In this document: one piece after another, positions 35,182 to 44,645 of the stretch
How positions within the stretch are numbered: the stretch's first letter is position 1
Layout of the letters: each line of letters starts with the position of its first letter
Source of the DNA: a bacterium
Lineage (GTDB): Bacteria; Patescibacteriota; Patescibacteriia; UBA10025
DNA length: 64,000 nucleotides
Direction: 5' to 3'
Assembly (NCBI GenBank): GCA_021815445.1
Contig: JAKAGM010000001.1
Span: 154,910 to 218,909 of the forward strand
Notes under the pieces: model-generated
What the model was told of the DNA's origin: nothing
The model's input: the letters and a program-made list of their open reading frames with translations, nothing else
Database searches by the model: none
Made by a program: the position numbers and the translations under genes

Positions 35182-36432
35182 ATGCCGCTCAAAAAAAGAT
35201 CTGTTCAGAGTGAAAGCGAAGACGAGCTCTCCCGGGATCAGGCAGCGCCTTCCCACGGGGCCAAACGCATTAAACACATTGGGCAGCCGCCAGCGCCGGA
35301 TTCCTCACGAAATGAGGTCTTGAAGGTCCTTACTGTCGATCAGCAGTCTGACACGGGTTCGCCTGAGGTCGTGAAGCATCTGTCCCAACCTGAACCTGTC
35401 AAAGAGAAAAAGAAAAAGACTCACGGTCCCGTGTGGTATAGCGTTGCGGTGGTTATTGCCGTCATTGTTATCGTTCTACTGGGCCTTGTGGTTGTGGGAA
35501 TCGGCGTCTATCAGAAGAATTGGCAGCAACCCATTGCCCTTAAGATTGCAAAACTTTTTTCTTTTCCAGCGGCAATGGTCGATAATCACTTAATCCCATT
35601 CTCGAACTATAATGACGATCTGCATACGCTAGATCATTACTATAAGGCCCAAAAAGCTGCCACACCGACTGGCTTTACTATGCCGGATCGCGCACAACTG
35701 CAAAAGACAATCCTCCAAAGGGCAATAGAGGACCATTTTGTCGCGCAGTTAGCGGGGACATACGGAGTGACGGTAACAAGTGCTGAGATAGACAAAGAGT
35801 TTCAGGCCATTCTCGATCAGGCGCAGGACAAAAACCAGGTTACAGACACGCTCAGGACTCTGTATGACTGGACACCGGAGCAGTTTAAGACCAAGGTCCT
35901 TAAGCCGTATATCGAGAGGACGAAGCTTCAAGACAAAATTTCGACGTCAAAGGATCTCAATCAGGACGCGTTGAAACGGGCGCAGGATGTTCTCGCACAA
36001 GTCAAAGAAGGCAAGAAATCGTTCGAAGACCTGGCGAAGCAGTATAGCGAGGATACCAGTACGGCTCCATCAGGCGGAGATCTCGGTCTCTTCGGCAAAG
36101 GTGAGATGGTGCAGGCGTTTGAAGATGCCGCTTTTGCGCTCAAAGCCGGAGAAGTTTCCGGCATAGTTACCACCCAGTATGGCTACCATATTATCAAGGT
36201 GCTCGAGATTATCCCGGCGGACAAAAATGCCGCGGGAAAGGGTGAGACGATCCATGCCGAGCATATTTTAATCAAAACCAAGGGAATCAGCGATCTCGTT
36301 GCCGAGGCAGAAAAAAAAGCCAAGATAAGGTTGTTTATTTCAGGTTTTAAGTGGGATTCTTCCTGTACAAGCGTTTTGCTCGATTCAGAAACATGCCAAA
36401 CAGCCCAACAGCTGCCCGCAAGCGCTCCGTAA
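35182..36432 (+). CDS. membrane-anchored PpiC-type peptidyl-prolyl isomerase (PrsA/SurA-like foldase)
   Basis: Parvulin domain (SGGDLGLFGKGEMVQAFEDAAFALKAGEVSGIVTTQYGYHIIKV). TM anchor after an acidic N-terminus. Confidence 0.75.
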   Translation: MPLKKRSVQSESEDELSRDQAAPSHGAKRIKHIGQPPAPDSSRNEVLKVLTVDQQSDTGSPEVVKHLSQPEPVKEKKKKTHGPVWYSVAVVIAVIVIVLLGLVVVGIGVYQKNWQQPIALKIAKLFSFPAAMVDNHLIPFSNYNDDLHTLDHYYKAQKAATPTGFTMPDRAQLQKTILQRAIEDHFVAQLAGTYGVTVTSAEIDKEFQAILDQAQDKNQVTDTLRTLYDWTPEQFKTKVLKPYIERTKLQDKISTSKDLNQDALKRAQDVLAQVKEGKKSFEDLAKQYSEDTSTAPSGGDLGLFGKGEMVQAFEDAAFALKAGEVSGIVTTQYGYHIIKVLEIIPADKNAAGKGETIHAEHILIKTKGISDLVAEAEKKAKIRLFISGFKWDSSCTSVLLDSETCQTAQQLPASAP

Positions 36433-36555
36433 TTGACGGTAGGGTGCCGAACTCTTTAGGTTTTGCCACTGCTTGCCCGGCACCAACAAGCCGTCCCTGG
36501 ATCTTTGAGAGCATAAAGCGGGCGCTAGCTTCTCTGGCTGTTTTGATGTCTTACG

Positions 36556-36631
36556 TGGAGCCACCCGTCGGATTCGAACCGACGACCTCTGCTTTACGAA
36601 AGCATTGCTCTACCAGCTGAGCTAGGGTGGC
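36556..36631 (-). tRNA. tRNA-Thr(CGT), CCA encoded
   Basis: Reverse complement: GCCACCC-TA-GCTC-AGCTGGTA-GAGC, anticodon loop TTCGTAA, T arm GTCGG-TTCGAAT-CCGAC, GGGTGGC-T-CCA. One A:G mismatch at 27:43. Confidence 0.75.
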
Positions 36632-36644
36632 ACGAGATTTCCTC

Positions 36645-36715
36645 AGCGGATAACGGGAGTCGGACCCGTACCTCAACCTTGGGAAGGTCGTGTACTACCG
36701 CTATACTATATCCGC
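36645..36715 (-). tRNA. tRNA-Gly(CCC), 71 nt
   Basis: Reverse complement: acceptor GCGGATA/TATCCGC, anticodon stem CGACC/GGTTG with loop TTCCCAA, T arm ACGGG-TCCGACT-CCCGT (unusual C55), discriminator U. Confidence 0.55.
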
Positions 36716-36759
36716 GCGTCAAATCGCATTCATCATAAGAATATTAACGGTAATCGTCA

Positions 36760-38334
36760 ATGAGTCAAGTCTCTCCTCACAATCTATCCCGATTGAAAAC
36801 TCTCTCGTTAAGTTTGACGGTTGTTGCTGCCTTTAGTCTTTTGTTTATTTTTCGTCCATTGAATGTGCATGCTGCAGATCCCGACTTGTTCGTAAAACTT
36901 GACCTGGCGACTGTTGCGAAAGGATATACCGCAGAAACTGCCGACCATGCACTGCGGGTGGGAATCTGGGCGAATGTTTTTAGCGATCCCGTTTCACTGA
37001 CACTCCAGCATGTCCCCGCATTTGATCGCCCGCTGCCCGAAGGCGCGCGGACTGCAAGCGACGAGTATGTATTTGATTTTTTGACTCTTGGAGAGCCGAA
37101 GGCGATTACTCCGACGAGGCCAATCACTATAGCTGTAAAGTATCAAGGTGACAATACGTGGAGAAAGGTTGTCAAATATTATGATGACATAAAAAAAACC
37201 TGGGTTACTTTACCCTCACAGACGGATTTTACCGGCGGGTACGTAAGAGCCTCGACGTCTTTGACCTTTCTTCGCCTGGCAGTTTTTGAGGAGGACGTGC
37301 TTCAGGAGGGCAGAGCGAGCTATTACACTCATCCGAATTATAAAAACAAGTTCATAGCGGCGAGCAGGGATTATGTCACCGGCACCAAACTGAGGATTGA
37401 AAACCTCGAGAACGGCACATCAACAGTCGTCACTGTCGTCGATTACGGGCCCAATAAAGCGAAGTTTCCCGATAGGATTGTTGATATCTCCAAGCCCGCT
37501 TTTGCCGCACTTGCACCGTTGTCGCGCGGCACTATCCCTGTGAGAGTAACTGTTGCACAGCCGGCAGTGCTCGGCGCTTCAATAACAGTCAAAGCCGCGC
37601 CGAAAGTATCAGCCAAGGCTGCAATAGCAGTAGATACCTCGACTGGCAACGTGCTTTTTTCAAAAAATGAAACGACCCCTTTGCCGATTGCAAGTCTCAC
37701 AAAGGTCATGACATCGATGGTTTTTCTTGAAACCGGGACTCCGTGGAACCGTGTCGTGACGTATCAAGCAAGCGATAATGCCATAGGCGCCAAGCTGTAT
37801 ATTTCACCGGGCGAGAAACTCACCGTCAAAGATCTGTTCAACTCAGGTCTTATCGGATCGGCAAATAACGCGATGAATGCGTTGGCGAGATCGACGGGCC
37901 TTTCACGGGCGCAATTTGTTTCGCGGATGAATGACAAGGCAAAAACACTCGGTCTTGCAAACACGCACTTCGTTGACGTCACCGGACTCGATCCGGCGAA
38001 CGTTTCCACAACGGCGGATTACGCAAAATTAGCGACCTACGCTTTTCAACATTTCCTAGAGTTCAAAACAACTGTGCGTTCTTCATACACATTTACCACC
38101 ATAAATACAGGCCATACGCATACAATCAAGAATCAAAATAAAATGATAAGTTCAGCGTGGGTCGTGACAGACACCAAGACCGGGTACCTCGATGAGGCGT
38201 TGTACAACCTCACGGTGAGGGCAAAAAAGAACGCATCAAGCTCTCCGGAGATACTGACAGTCGTTCTCGGCAGCCCTACCGATGCGTCGAGATATCAGGA
38301 TACCGACAATATCATAACGTATGCGCTTCAGTAA
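36760..38334 (+). CDS. secreted RlpA-like (DPBB) domain fused to serine-type D-Ala-D-Ala carboxypeptidase (peptidase S11/PBP5-like)
   Basis: Signal peptide. DPBB block EGRASYYTHPNYKNKFIAASRDYVTGTKLRIENLENGTSTVVTVVDYGP. SxxK (ASLTKVMT), SxN (GSANNA) and KTG (DTKTGYL) motifs. Confidence 0.75.
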   Translation: MSQVSPHNLSRLKTLSLSLTVVAAFSLLFIFRPLNVHAADPDLFVKLDLATVAKGYTAETADHALRVGIWANVFSDPVSLTLQHVPAFDRPLPEGARTASDEYVFDFLTLGEPKAITPTRPITIAVKYQGDNTWRKVVKYYDDIKKTWVTLPSQTDFTGGYVRASTSLTFLRLAVFEEDVLQEGRASYYTHPNYKNKFIAASRDYVTGTKLRIENLENGTSTVVTVVDYGPNKAKFPDRIVDISKPAFAALAPLSRGTIPVRVTVAQPAVLGASITVKAAPKVSAKAAIAVDTSTGNVLFSKNETTPLPIASLTKVMTSMVFLETGTPWNRVVTYQASDNAIGAKLYISPGEKLTVKDLFNSGLIGSANNAMNALARSTGLSRAQFVSRMNDKAKTLGLANTHFVDVTGLDPANVSTTADYAKLATYAFQHFLEFKTTVRSSYTFTTINTGHTHTIKNQNKMISSAWVVTDTKTGYLDEALYNLTVRAKKNASSSPEILTVVLGSPTDASRYQDTDNIITYALQ

Positions 38335-39008
38335 TGTCCCGTATGGCTGTAATTGAGATTGCACGACTTACGAAAACGTATGACCAGGGCAAGCCAAATG
38401 AATTCTGCGCCTTGGACCAAGTCAACCTTCGCATAGAAAAGGGCGAGTTTGTGGCAATAATGGGAGTTTCCGGATCGGGTAAGTCGACTCTGATGCACAT
38501 CATCGGTTGCCTCGATACTCCGACTTCGGGGGAGTATCTGTTGGACGGGGAGCCCATCTCCTCGCTGCGCCAGTCTCAGCTCGTCAAAATCAGGAGGAAG
38601 AAAATAGGTTTTATTTTCCAGAATTTCAACCTTTTGCCCCGCAGGTCCGCTCTGGCAAACGTCGAGCTGCCCCTGATCTACAATGCACTCCGCTCGAAAG
38701 CACGCCGTGAAAAAGCGCACCGGGCACTGATGCAGGTAGGCATAGAGTCGAAAATGGAGCACAAACCTTCCATGCTCTCCGGAGGCGAACAGCAGCGTGT
38801 CGCGATTGCCCGTGCGCTTGTGAATGATCCGCTCATCATACTCGCAGACGAACCGACGGGAAACTTAGACAGCAAGAGCGGCCAGCAGGTCATGGAGGTA
38901 TTGCGAAAACTGAACGAACGCGGCGTAACCATCATTGTCGTCACGCACGATCCTAAAATTGCGCAGTATGCCGGTAGAACCATAAAAATAGAGGACGGAA
39001 GGATTTGA
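38334..39008 (+). CDS. ABC transporter ATP-binding protein (MacB/LolD-like)
   Basis: Walker A GVSGSGKST, signature LSGGEQQRVAIARAL, Walker B IILADEPTGNLD. Confidence 0.85.
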   Translation: MSRMAVIEIARLTKTYDQGKPNEFCALDQVNLRIEKGEFVAIMGVSGSGKSTLMHIIGCLDTPTSGEYLLDGEPISSLRQSQLVKIRRKKIGFIFQNFNLLPRRSALANVELPLIYNALRSKARREKAHRALMQVGIESKMEHKPSMLSGGEQQRVAIARALVNDPLIILADEPTGNLDSKSGQQVMEVLRKLNERGVTIIVVTHDPKIAQYAGRTIKIEDGRI

Positions 39009-39013
39009 CGCCT

Positions 39014-40237
39014 ATGTATGCCGTGATGGAAAATATCAAACTCGCGCTGCAGGCAATTTGGTCAAAAAAATTCCGGTCTTTTTTGACGATGCTCGGCGTA
39101 ATTATTGGCGTTTTTGCGATTGTACTGCTCATAGGGATCGGCCAGGGGGTAAAAAAGCAGATTACCGACCAGATCCAGGGGCTAGGATCCAATTTGTTAT
39201 TTGTGATTCCGGGAAAACTTGAGAGTGGAGGACCGCCGACCGGCGTCATCGCGAGCAGCACATTAACTGATAAGGATGTCACTACAGTCAGGGCAATCCC
39301 CAACGTTATCGAAGCTTCACCGGTCGCTATTATCGGATTGCCGGTGGCGGAAGGCACAACTACGGTGAAAGGTGCGCTGGTTTTTGGCTCAACGCCGGAT
39401 GTCGAGGACACTTTTACCGGGCAGGTGACTTCAGGCCAGGGGCTGGGGAGAATGTTCACTCAACAGGAATACGATGCCGGCGCCAAAGTAGCTGTCATTT
39501 TTTCTGGAGTTCGCGATCAATTATTTCCCAATGAAGATCCCATCGGGAAAAAAATCCTGGTGGGCAAGGACGAGTTGACCGTCGTCGGCTTCAAACAGGC
39601 GCAGGAATCAGGGAGCCTGTTCGGCGGCAATGAACTCTCCAATCTTGTCATTATCCCCCTGACTACAGCGCGTGGAATGACAAAAACAAATGAAATTCAT
39701 CGAATTGCCATTAAAGTTTCCTTGACAGATGCCGTCCAGGGGGTCAAGGACGAGGTTCATAAACGTCTCCTTGTCAACCACAGCGGGGTGGAGGATTTCT
39801 CAGTGCTCACCCAGAAAGATTTACTGAGCATTTTTGACCAGGTACTCAGTGTGTTAACGACGATGCTCGGCGGAATAGCCGCCATTTCACTGCTTGTCGG
39901 GGGTATCGGCGTCATGAACATCATGCTCGTATCAGTCAGTGAACGAACCAGGGAAATTGGGCTTCGCAAGGCTGTGGGTGCCTCAAGTTTCGATATTCTG
40001 CTACAATTCCTTGTGGAGGCGGTGGTGATCTCCGTACTTGGAGGAGCACTTGGAGTCGCACTTGCTACAGCAGGCAAGGTGGTTATGGACGTACGGTTTG
40101 GTTTCGCACCGGTTATTAATGTCCAGTCAGTCATTATGGCGCTTGGGTTCACGGTAGGAATAGGGATTTTCTTCGGGGTTGCACCGGCCATCCGCGCCGC
40201 GCGACTTCAGCCGATAGATGCCTTACGTTATGAGTGA
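39014..40237 (+). CDS. ABC transporter permease, FtsX/MacB-type with large periplasmic domain
   Basis: Start at ATG 39014 (the track used TTG 39005). MacB_PCD-like periplasmic domain between TM1 and TM2. FtsX-type 4-TM C-terminus. Confidence 0.75.
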   Translation: MYAVMENIKLALQAIWSKKFRSFLTMLGVIIGVFAIVLLIGIGQGVKKQITDQIQGLGSNLLFVIPGKLESGGPPTGVIASSTLTDKDVTTVRAIPNVIEASPVAIIGLPVAEGTTTVKGALVFGSTPDVEDTFTGQVTSGQGLGRMFTQQEYDAGAKVAVIFSGVRDQLFPNEDPIGKKILVGKDELTVVGFKQAQESGSLFGGNELSNLVIIPLTTARGMTKTNEIHRIAIKVSLTDAVQGVKDEVHKRLLVNHSGVEDFSVLTQKDLLSIFDQVLSVLTTMLGGIAAISLLVGGIGVMNIMLVSVSERTREIGLRKAVGASSFDILLQFLVEAVVISVLGGALGVALATAGKVVMDVRFGFAPVINVQSVIMALGFTVGIGIFFGVAPAIRAARLQPIDALRYE

Positions 40238-40940
40238 TCAATCACCGGAAGCAAAAACCATGATTCGGTTTCGCGGGGTATCGAAGTTGTATCCCCCTGA
40301 CGTTACGGCGTTGAAGGACGTCACGCTGAGTATCATGCCCGGTGAATTTGTTTCTATCGTCGGTCAGTCAGGCACCGGAAAGACGACACTCGCAAAACTC
40401 ATTATCGCGGAGCAAAGACCGTCAAAAGGCCGCGTAATCATCGGTGACTGGGATATCACTGATATACGCTCCCATGAGATCCCAATACTCCGAAGGCAGA
40501 TAGGGGTCGTGTTTCAGGATTTCAAACTTTTGCCGCGCAAAACATTATTTGAGAATGTCGCCTTTGCGCTGGAGGTTGCCGGAGCTTCCCGGAAGAAAAT
40601 TTCATCTGTCATCCCGCAGGTGCTCAAGATTGTCGGCCTTGAAAACAAAATGGACCGCTTCCCCCGTGAAGTTTCGGGAGGGGAGCAGCAACGCGCTGTT
40701 ATAGCGCGAGCGCTCGTTCACAGGCCCAAGATTCTCCTTGCAGACGAGCCGACGGGGAATCTCGACGCTATCAACGCCCACGACATTATCGAGCTCCTCC
40801 GCAAAATTAATGAATTCGGCACAACTGTCGTGCTGGTGACGCACAACCGTGAGATAGTTAATATGCTGCACAAGCGCGTTATCACCCTCGACCAGGGCAT
40901 GGTTATCTCAGATCAAAAGTCGGGAAGGTATATTTTGTAA
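40230..40940 (+). CDS. ftsE: cell division ATP-binding protein FtsE
   Basis: ATGAGTGA start/stop overlap with the permease. Walker A GQSGTGKTT, signature VSGGEQQRAVIARAL, Walker B LLADEPTGNLD. Confidence 0.8.
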   Translation: MSDQSPEAKTMIRFRGVSKLYPPDVTALKDVTLSIMPGEFVSIVGQSGTGKTTLAKLIIAEQRPSKGRVIIGDWDITDIRSHEIPILRRQIGVVFQDFKLLPRKTLFENVAFALEVAGASRKKISSVIPQVLKIVGLENKMDRFPREVSGGEQQRAVIARALVHRPKILLADEPTGNLDAINAHDIIELLRKINEFGTTVVLVTHNREIVNMLHKRVITLDQGMVISDQKSGRYIL

Positions 40941-40949
40941 ACGTATCAT

Positions 40950-41867
40950 ATGTTTTTCCTCACTTTCTATCGAGCCCTCAGATTTGCCTTTCAAGGTTTT
41001 TGGCGCAACATCTGGCTCTCGGTCGTAACAATAATCATCCTCGTCCTCACACTTTTTTCTGTGAGCGTCGTCGCGGGCATCAATGTCGTAGGGCGTGAGA
41101 TGGTGAAATCAATAGAAAATAAAGTGGATGTCTCGGTATATTTTTTCCCGACAGTTAGCGACAGCGATGTCGAAAGCGTCCAATACCGCCTTGAATCTCT
41201 TGGTAGCGTTGCTTCCGTCACTCGCGTGTCAAAGGAGGAAGCGCTCGCCCAATTCAAGGAACGTCACAAAAACGATCCGACAATCACCGAATCACTTAAC
41301 GAACTCACCGACAACCCGCTCGGAACGACGCTGATCATAAAGGCAAAAAAAATAGAGGACTACCCGCTCATTCTCCAGGTGCTCGATGACCCTGATTATC
41401 AGAAGCTTGTGCAGAACAGGAATTTCGAGGACAACCAGAAGATTGTGGCCCGTCTCTCGGATATTTCAGGACGCATTCAACGCGGGGCGATTGCCTTGAG
41501 CGCCATGTTCATTATCATTAGCATTCTGATTATCTTCAATACCATTCGCATCACGATTTATACGCACAGGGAAGAGATCGGCATCATGAAGCTCGTCGGC
41601 GCGTCAAACTGGTTCGTTCGTTTCCCGTTTATCATCGAAAGTCTGCTCTACGGCTTAATTGCAGTTGCCATTACTCTCATCCTGGTTTTCCCGCTGGTGC
41701 AGCTTGTGTCACCTCAATTACAGTCGTTTTTCCAGGGTTACTCGTTTGACCTGGCTGCCTATTTTACGGGTCATTTCCTCATGTTTGCCCTCATGCAGGT
41801 CGCACTTGCAACATTCCTCAGTATGGCCAGCTCGGCCGTTGCCGTGGGGAAATATCTGCGTGTGTAG
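40950..41867 (+). CDS. ftsX: cell division permease FtsX
   Basis: 305 aa. N-terminal TM, periplasmic alpha/beta domain, three C-terminal TM helices with the conserved KLVGASNWFVRFPF block. Confidence 0.85.
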   Translation: MFFLTFYRALRFAFQGFWRNIWLSVVTIIILVLTLFSVSVVAGINVVGREMVKSIENKVDVSVYFFPTVSDSDVESVQYRLESLGSVASVTRVSKEEALAQFKERHKNDPTITESLNELTDNPLGTTLIIKAKKIEDYPLILQVLDDPDYQKLVQNRNFEDNQKIVARLSDISGRIQRGAIALSAMFIIISILIIFNTIRITIYTHREEIGIMKLVGASNWFVRFPFIIESLLYGLIAVAITLILVFPLVQLVSPQLQSFFQGYSFDLAAYFTGHFLMFALMQVALATFLSMASSAVAVGKYLRV

Positions 41868-41937
41868 CGGGATTCCCAGGCTTTACAGGGGAGTAGTTTT
41901 TTTGTAGAGTGTCTTCAGGAACTCTGTTTTTTTATAT

Positions 41938-42008
41938 TCCGGGATCGTCTAATGGTAGGACACAGGCCTTTGGAGCCTGGTATCTTGGTTCGAGTCCAAG
42001 TCCCGGAG
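41938..42008 (+). tRNA. tRNA-Gln(TTG)
   Basis: U1:A72 acceptor (TCCGGGA/TCCCGGA) and G73 discriminator typical of tRNA-Gln. Anticodon stem CAGGC/GCCTG with loop CTTTGGA. T arm CTTGG-TTCGAGT-CCAAG. Confidence 0.75.
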
Positions 42009-42077
42009 AAAGGGAAGCAAATATGATGAAACTTATCGAATTGAACGTGGAAATATAATCTTAATCACTTTTACCGT

Positions 42078-42914
42078 ATGAAACGTATCTTTTTTTTGGC
42101 AATCACATTAACACTTACAATCATTCTTACTGGTTGTGCTAAGAAAACCGTCTCGCCAACAGTTGCCAATTCGAATGCAACTCAAGCAACAACGGACACG
42201 GGTGGAGGAAATCGTAGGGCAGACGCGAATACAACGGGATCAGGCGTAACCTGGATGCAAACTGCCGACGGCTGGCAGACCAATGGCACGCCGCCGGCAT
42301 GTCCTGAGCCCGTGCTTCACACACCAACTGATCTTTCGGTTGTAACTTCGATTCTTTATCCCGGGCAGACTCGGGGAGGTGACTATAAACCGCACGGTGG
42401 TTTTCGGTTTGATACAGCCACGAGCAGCAATGAAACAGTGACTGCAGCGATGGATGGCCAGGTGGTCGAGGGCAGCCGCTACCTCGTGAACGGCGAAATG
42501 CAGTACATGTTTGATATTGTCGCTTCATGCGGGATGATGTACCGCGTCGGCCATCTTTTAGCACTTGCACCGAAGTTCCAGGCAATCGCAGAAACGTTTT
42601 CTCCTGCAGTGGAAGGCGATTCGCGTACCACAAATGTGTATCCGCCGATCAACGTGACTGCCGGAGAACAGATAGCAACGGCTGTCGGCGTAACAAAGGG
42701 CGGCCTCAATGTATTTTTTGACTTTGGCGTCTATAATCTGCAACAGAAGAATGCGGCGTCCCAGGATGCGACCTATGCCGCTACGCACGATGTCCAGTTG
42801 GCTCAGCGTGCCGTATGCTGGCTTGATCTTCTGCCAAGCGGTGATGCGGCGAAGGTGAAGGCATTGCCGGCTGCGGATCCGACGAGCGGAAAGAAAAGCG
42901 ACTATTGCAAGTAG
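42078..42914 (+). CDS. hypothetical lipoprotein
   Basis: Lipobox LTGC after the signal peptide MKRIFFLAITLTLTIILTGC. 278 aa. Confidence 0.5.
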   Translation: MKRIFFLAITLTLTIILTGCAKKTVSPTVANSNATQATTDTGGGNRRADANTTGSGVTWMQTADGWQTNGTPPACPEPVLHTPTDLSVVTSILYPGQTRGGDYKPHGGFRFDTATSSNETVTAAMDGQVVEGSRYLVNGEMQYMFDIVASCGMMYRVGHLLALAPKFQAIAETFSPAVEGDSRTTNVYPPINVTAGEQIATAVGVTKGGLNVFFDFGVYNLQQKNAASQDATYAATHDVQLAQRAVCWLDLLPSGDAAKVKALPAADPTSGKKSDYCK

Positions 42915-43004
42915 GAATGTCATGGAAATATCGATATCATTGATTGCATTTTCTTGAAATAAAATAGCGGGCGTAAAGTTTTACTGAATTTGATTAACCA
43001 AAAG

Positions 43005-43796
43005 ATGAAGTCTTTCGGATTATTTCTAAATGTCATAACGACCAACCGGGCGGAGATCGAGAAACGCATCTCATTTTTGGGGAACATGGAAAATCTTGGA
43101 CACGTGGAAGTCTGGCTTGAGCACACATACTGGTCGGAGGACGATAGCCGGTGGCTCAAGGAAAAACTGAAAAAATACGAGGTACTTGTTCATGCTCCGT
43201 TTATCAATCTCTCTTTTGTCACCGCACATGAGCAAATTAATATCGCCTCGCTCAATGAACTGAAGCGCACGTGCGACCATACGAGGATACTCGGGGGCAA
43301 GGTAATGACGCTGCATGCGGGCAGGAGGCCGTTCTATATATCAGATGTTAAGGCAAGAAAGATAGCCGTGCCGTATCTTCAGAACCTCCTCGATTATGTC
43401 GGAGGCGAATTTGAGCTTGCAATCGAGAATTTGCCCGCCAGTTCCGGAACGAGCTTTGGCTACCCGGTAACCTTGGATGAGTTTGAGAAAATGGCCATGG
43501 AAGTTCCCCGATTAAATGTTACGGTGGACATAGGCCATTGTCTGCAGAATAATGATGCTTATGAGCCTTTTTTTGAAAAATACCCAACAAAGATTTCCGA
43601 TATACATGTCCATAACGGATTCAAAAAGGGCACGGCACATTTTGGATTTGGGCAACCAGGGGATCTGAACTTGCGGGAATTTGTGTTGTATCTTGAGAAA
43701 GTCGGATATGCCAATTATTTCACCTTTGAAATATTGGGAGACGGAGACATTGAAGATTCTTGGCGCAGACTACAGGAAATAATTAAAGAACAATAA
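43005..43796 (+). CDS. sugar phosphate isomerase/epimerase (xylose-isomerase-like TIM barrel, AP-endonuclease-2 family)
   Basis: About 264 aa. Alternating beta/alpha pattern. His/Glu/Asp metal-site candidates (EVWLEH, HAPF, TLHAG, DIHVHNG). Call is family-level only. Confidence 0.45.
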   Translation: MKSFGLFLNVITTNRAEIEKRISFLGNMENLGHVEVWLEHTYWSEDDSRWLKEKLKKYEVLVHAPFINLSFVTAHEQINIASLNELKRTCDHTRILGGKVMTLHAGRRPFYISDVKARKIAVPYLQNLLDYVGGEFELAIENLPASSGTSFGYPVTLDEFEKMAMEVPRLNVTVDIGHCLQNNDAYEPFFEKYPTKISDIHVHNGFKKGTAHFGFGQPGDLNLREFVLYLEKVGYANYFTFEILGDGDIEDSWRRLQEIIKEQ

Positions 43797-44051
43797 GTAC
43801 TAATAAAAGTTCTCGGCCCTAGTGGTGAGCCAGGTGATGCGGAAGGTTCATGTACCTTGCAGGTGTCGTGCGTAAGCATGTTTTTGCCTGCATAAAAAGG
43901 AAGCCTGATTTCATATCAGGGAGCCATAATTTAACGTTCAACATTGCGTTTTACTGTAAATTTTCGAGGTTGACTCTTTACCCGCACAGTGTACCATTCA
44001 AAAGTATAGATATGAAACTCTAGGGAATGTAACATTTTTCAATCCTGACCG

Positions 44052-44645
44052 ATGTATACACCAACAAGGGACACCACCGGCGAAGCGGATATCCCGCGTC
44101 TCGTACGCGAGGCCCAAGAGGGCAATGAGGACAGCCTCAGCCGGCTGTACGAACTGCTCAGTGACCGCATATACCGTTATATTTTGATGCGCGTCAGCCA
44201 TCGAGAAACGGCTGAGGATATCACCCAAGTGGTTTTTATTGAAATGATTCGCTCTCTTCCCCGATATACAGAACGGGCAGGAGCGAAATTTAGCACATGG
44301 CTTTTCCAAATAGCGCGGCACCGGTTGATTGACCATTATCGGCGCCAAAAGACGGTTCTTTCGCTGGATGAAACCCTTGAATCTCATCCAAATATGCAGG
44401 TCGATCCTGCCCCACCACCGGACGATGCGCTGGTGAGCAGTGGAAATCTCACAAATCTCCTTAAGCATCTTTCTGAACGCCAGCAGACTATTCTCCATCT
44501 CTTTTTTCAGGAGGAGATGTCACTGCGGGAGATTGCTGATATTTTGGATATTTCCATAGTCAGCGTACGCGTAGAGAAGCATCGCGCACTTAAAAAGCTT
44601 AAGCATATGCTCTTGGTGAAAGATTCGCATTTACCACTGATATGA
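44052..44645 (+). CDS. RNA polymerase sigma-70 factor, ECF subfamily
   Basis: Region 2 (DITQVVFIEMIRSLPRY...FSTWLFQIARHRLIDHYR) and region 4 HTH (LSLREIADILDISIVSVRVEKHRALKKLK). Confidence 0.85.
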   Translation: MYTPTRDTTGEADIPRLVREAQEGNEDSLSRLYELLSDRIYRYILMRVSHRETAEDITQVVFIEMIRSLPRYTERAGAKFSTWLFQIARHRLIDHYRRQKTVLSLDETLESHPNMQVDPAPPPDDALVSSGNLTNLLKHLSERQQTILHLFFQEEMSLREIADILDISIVSVRVEKHRALKKLKHMLLVKDSHLPLI

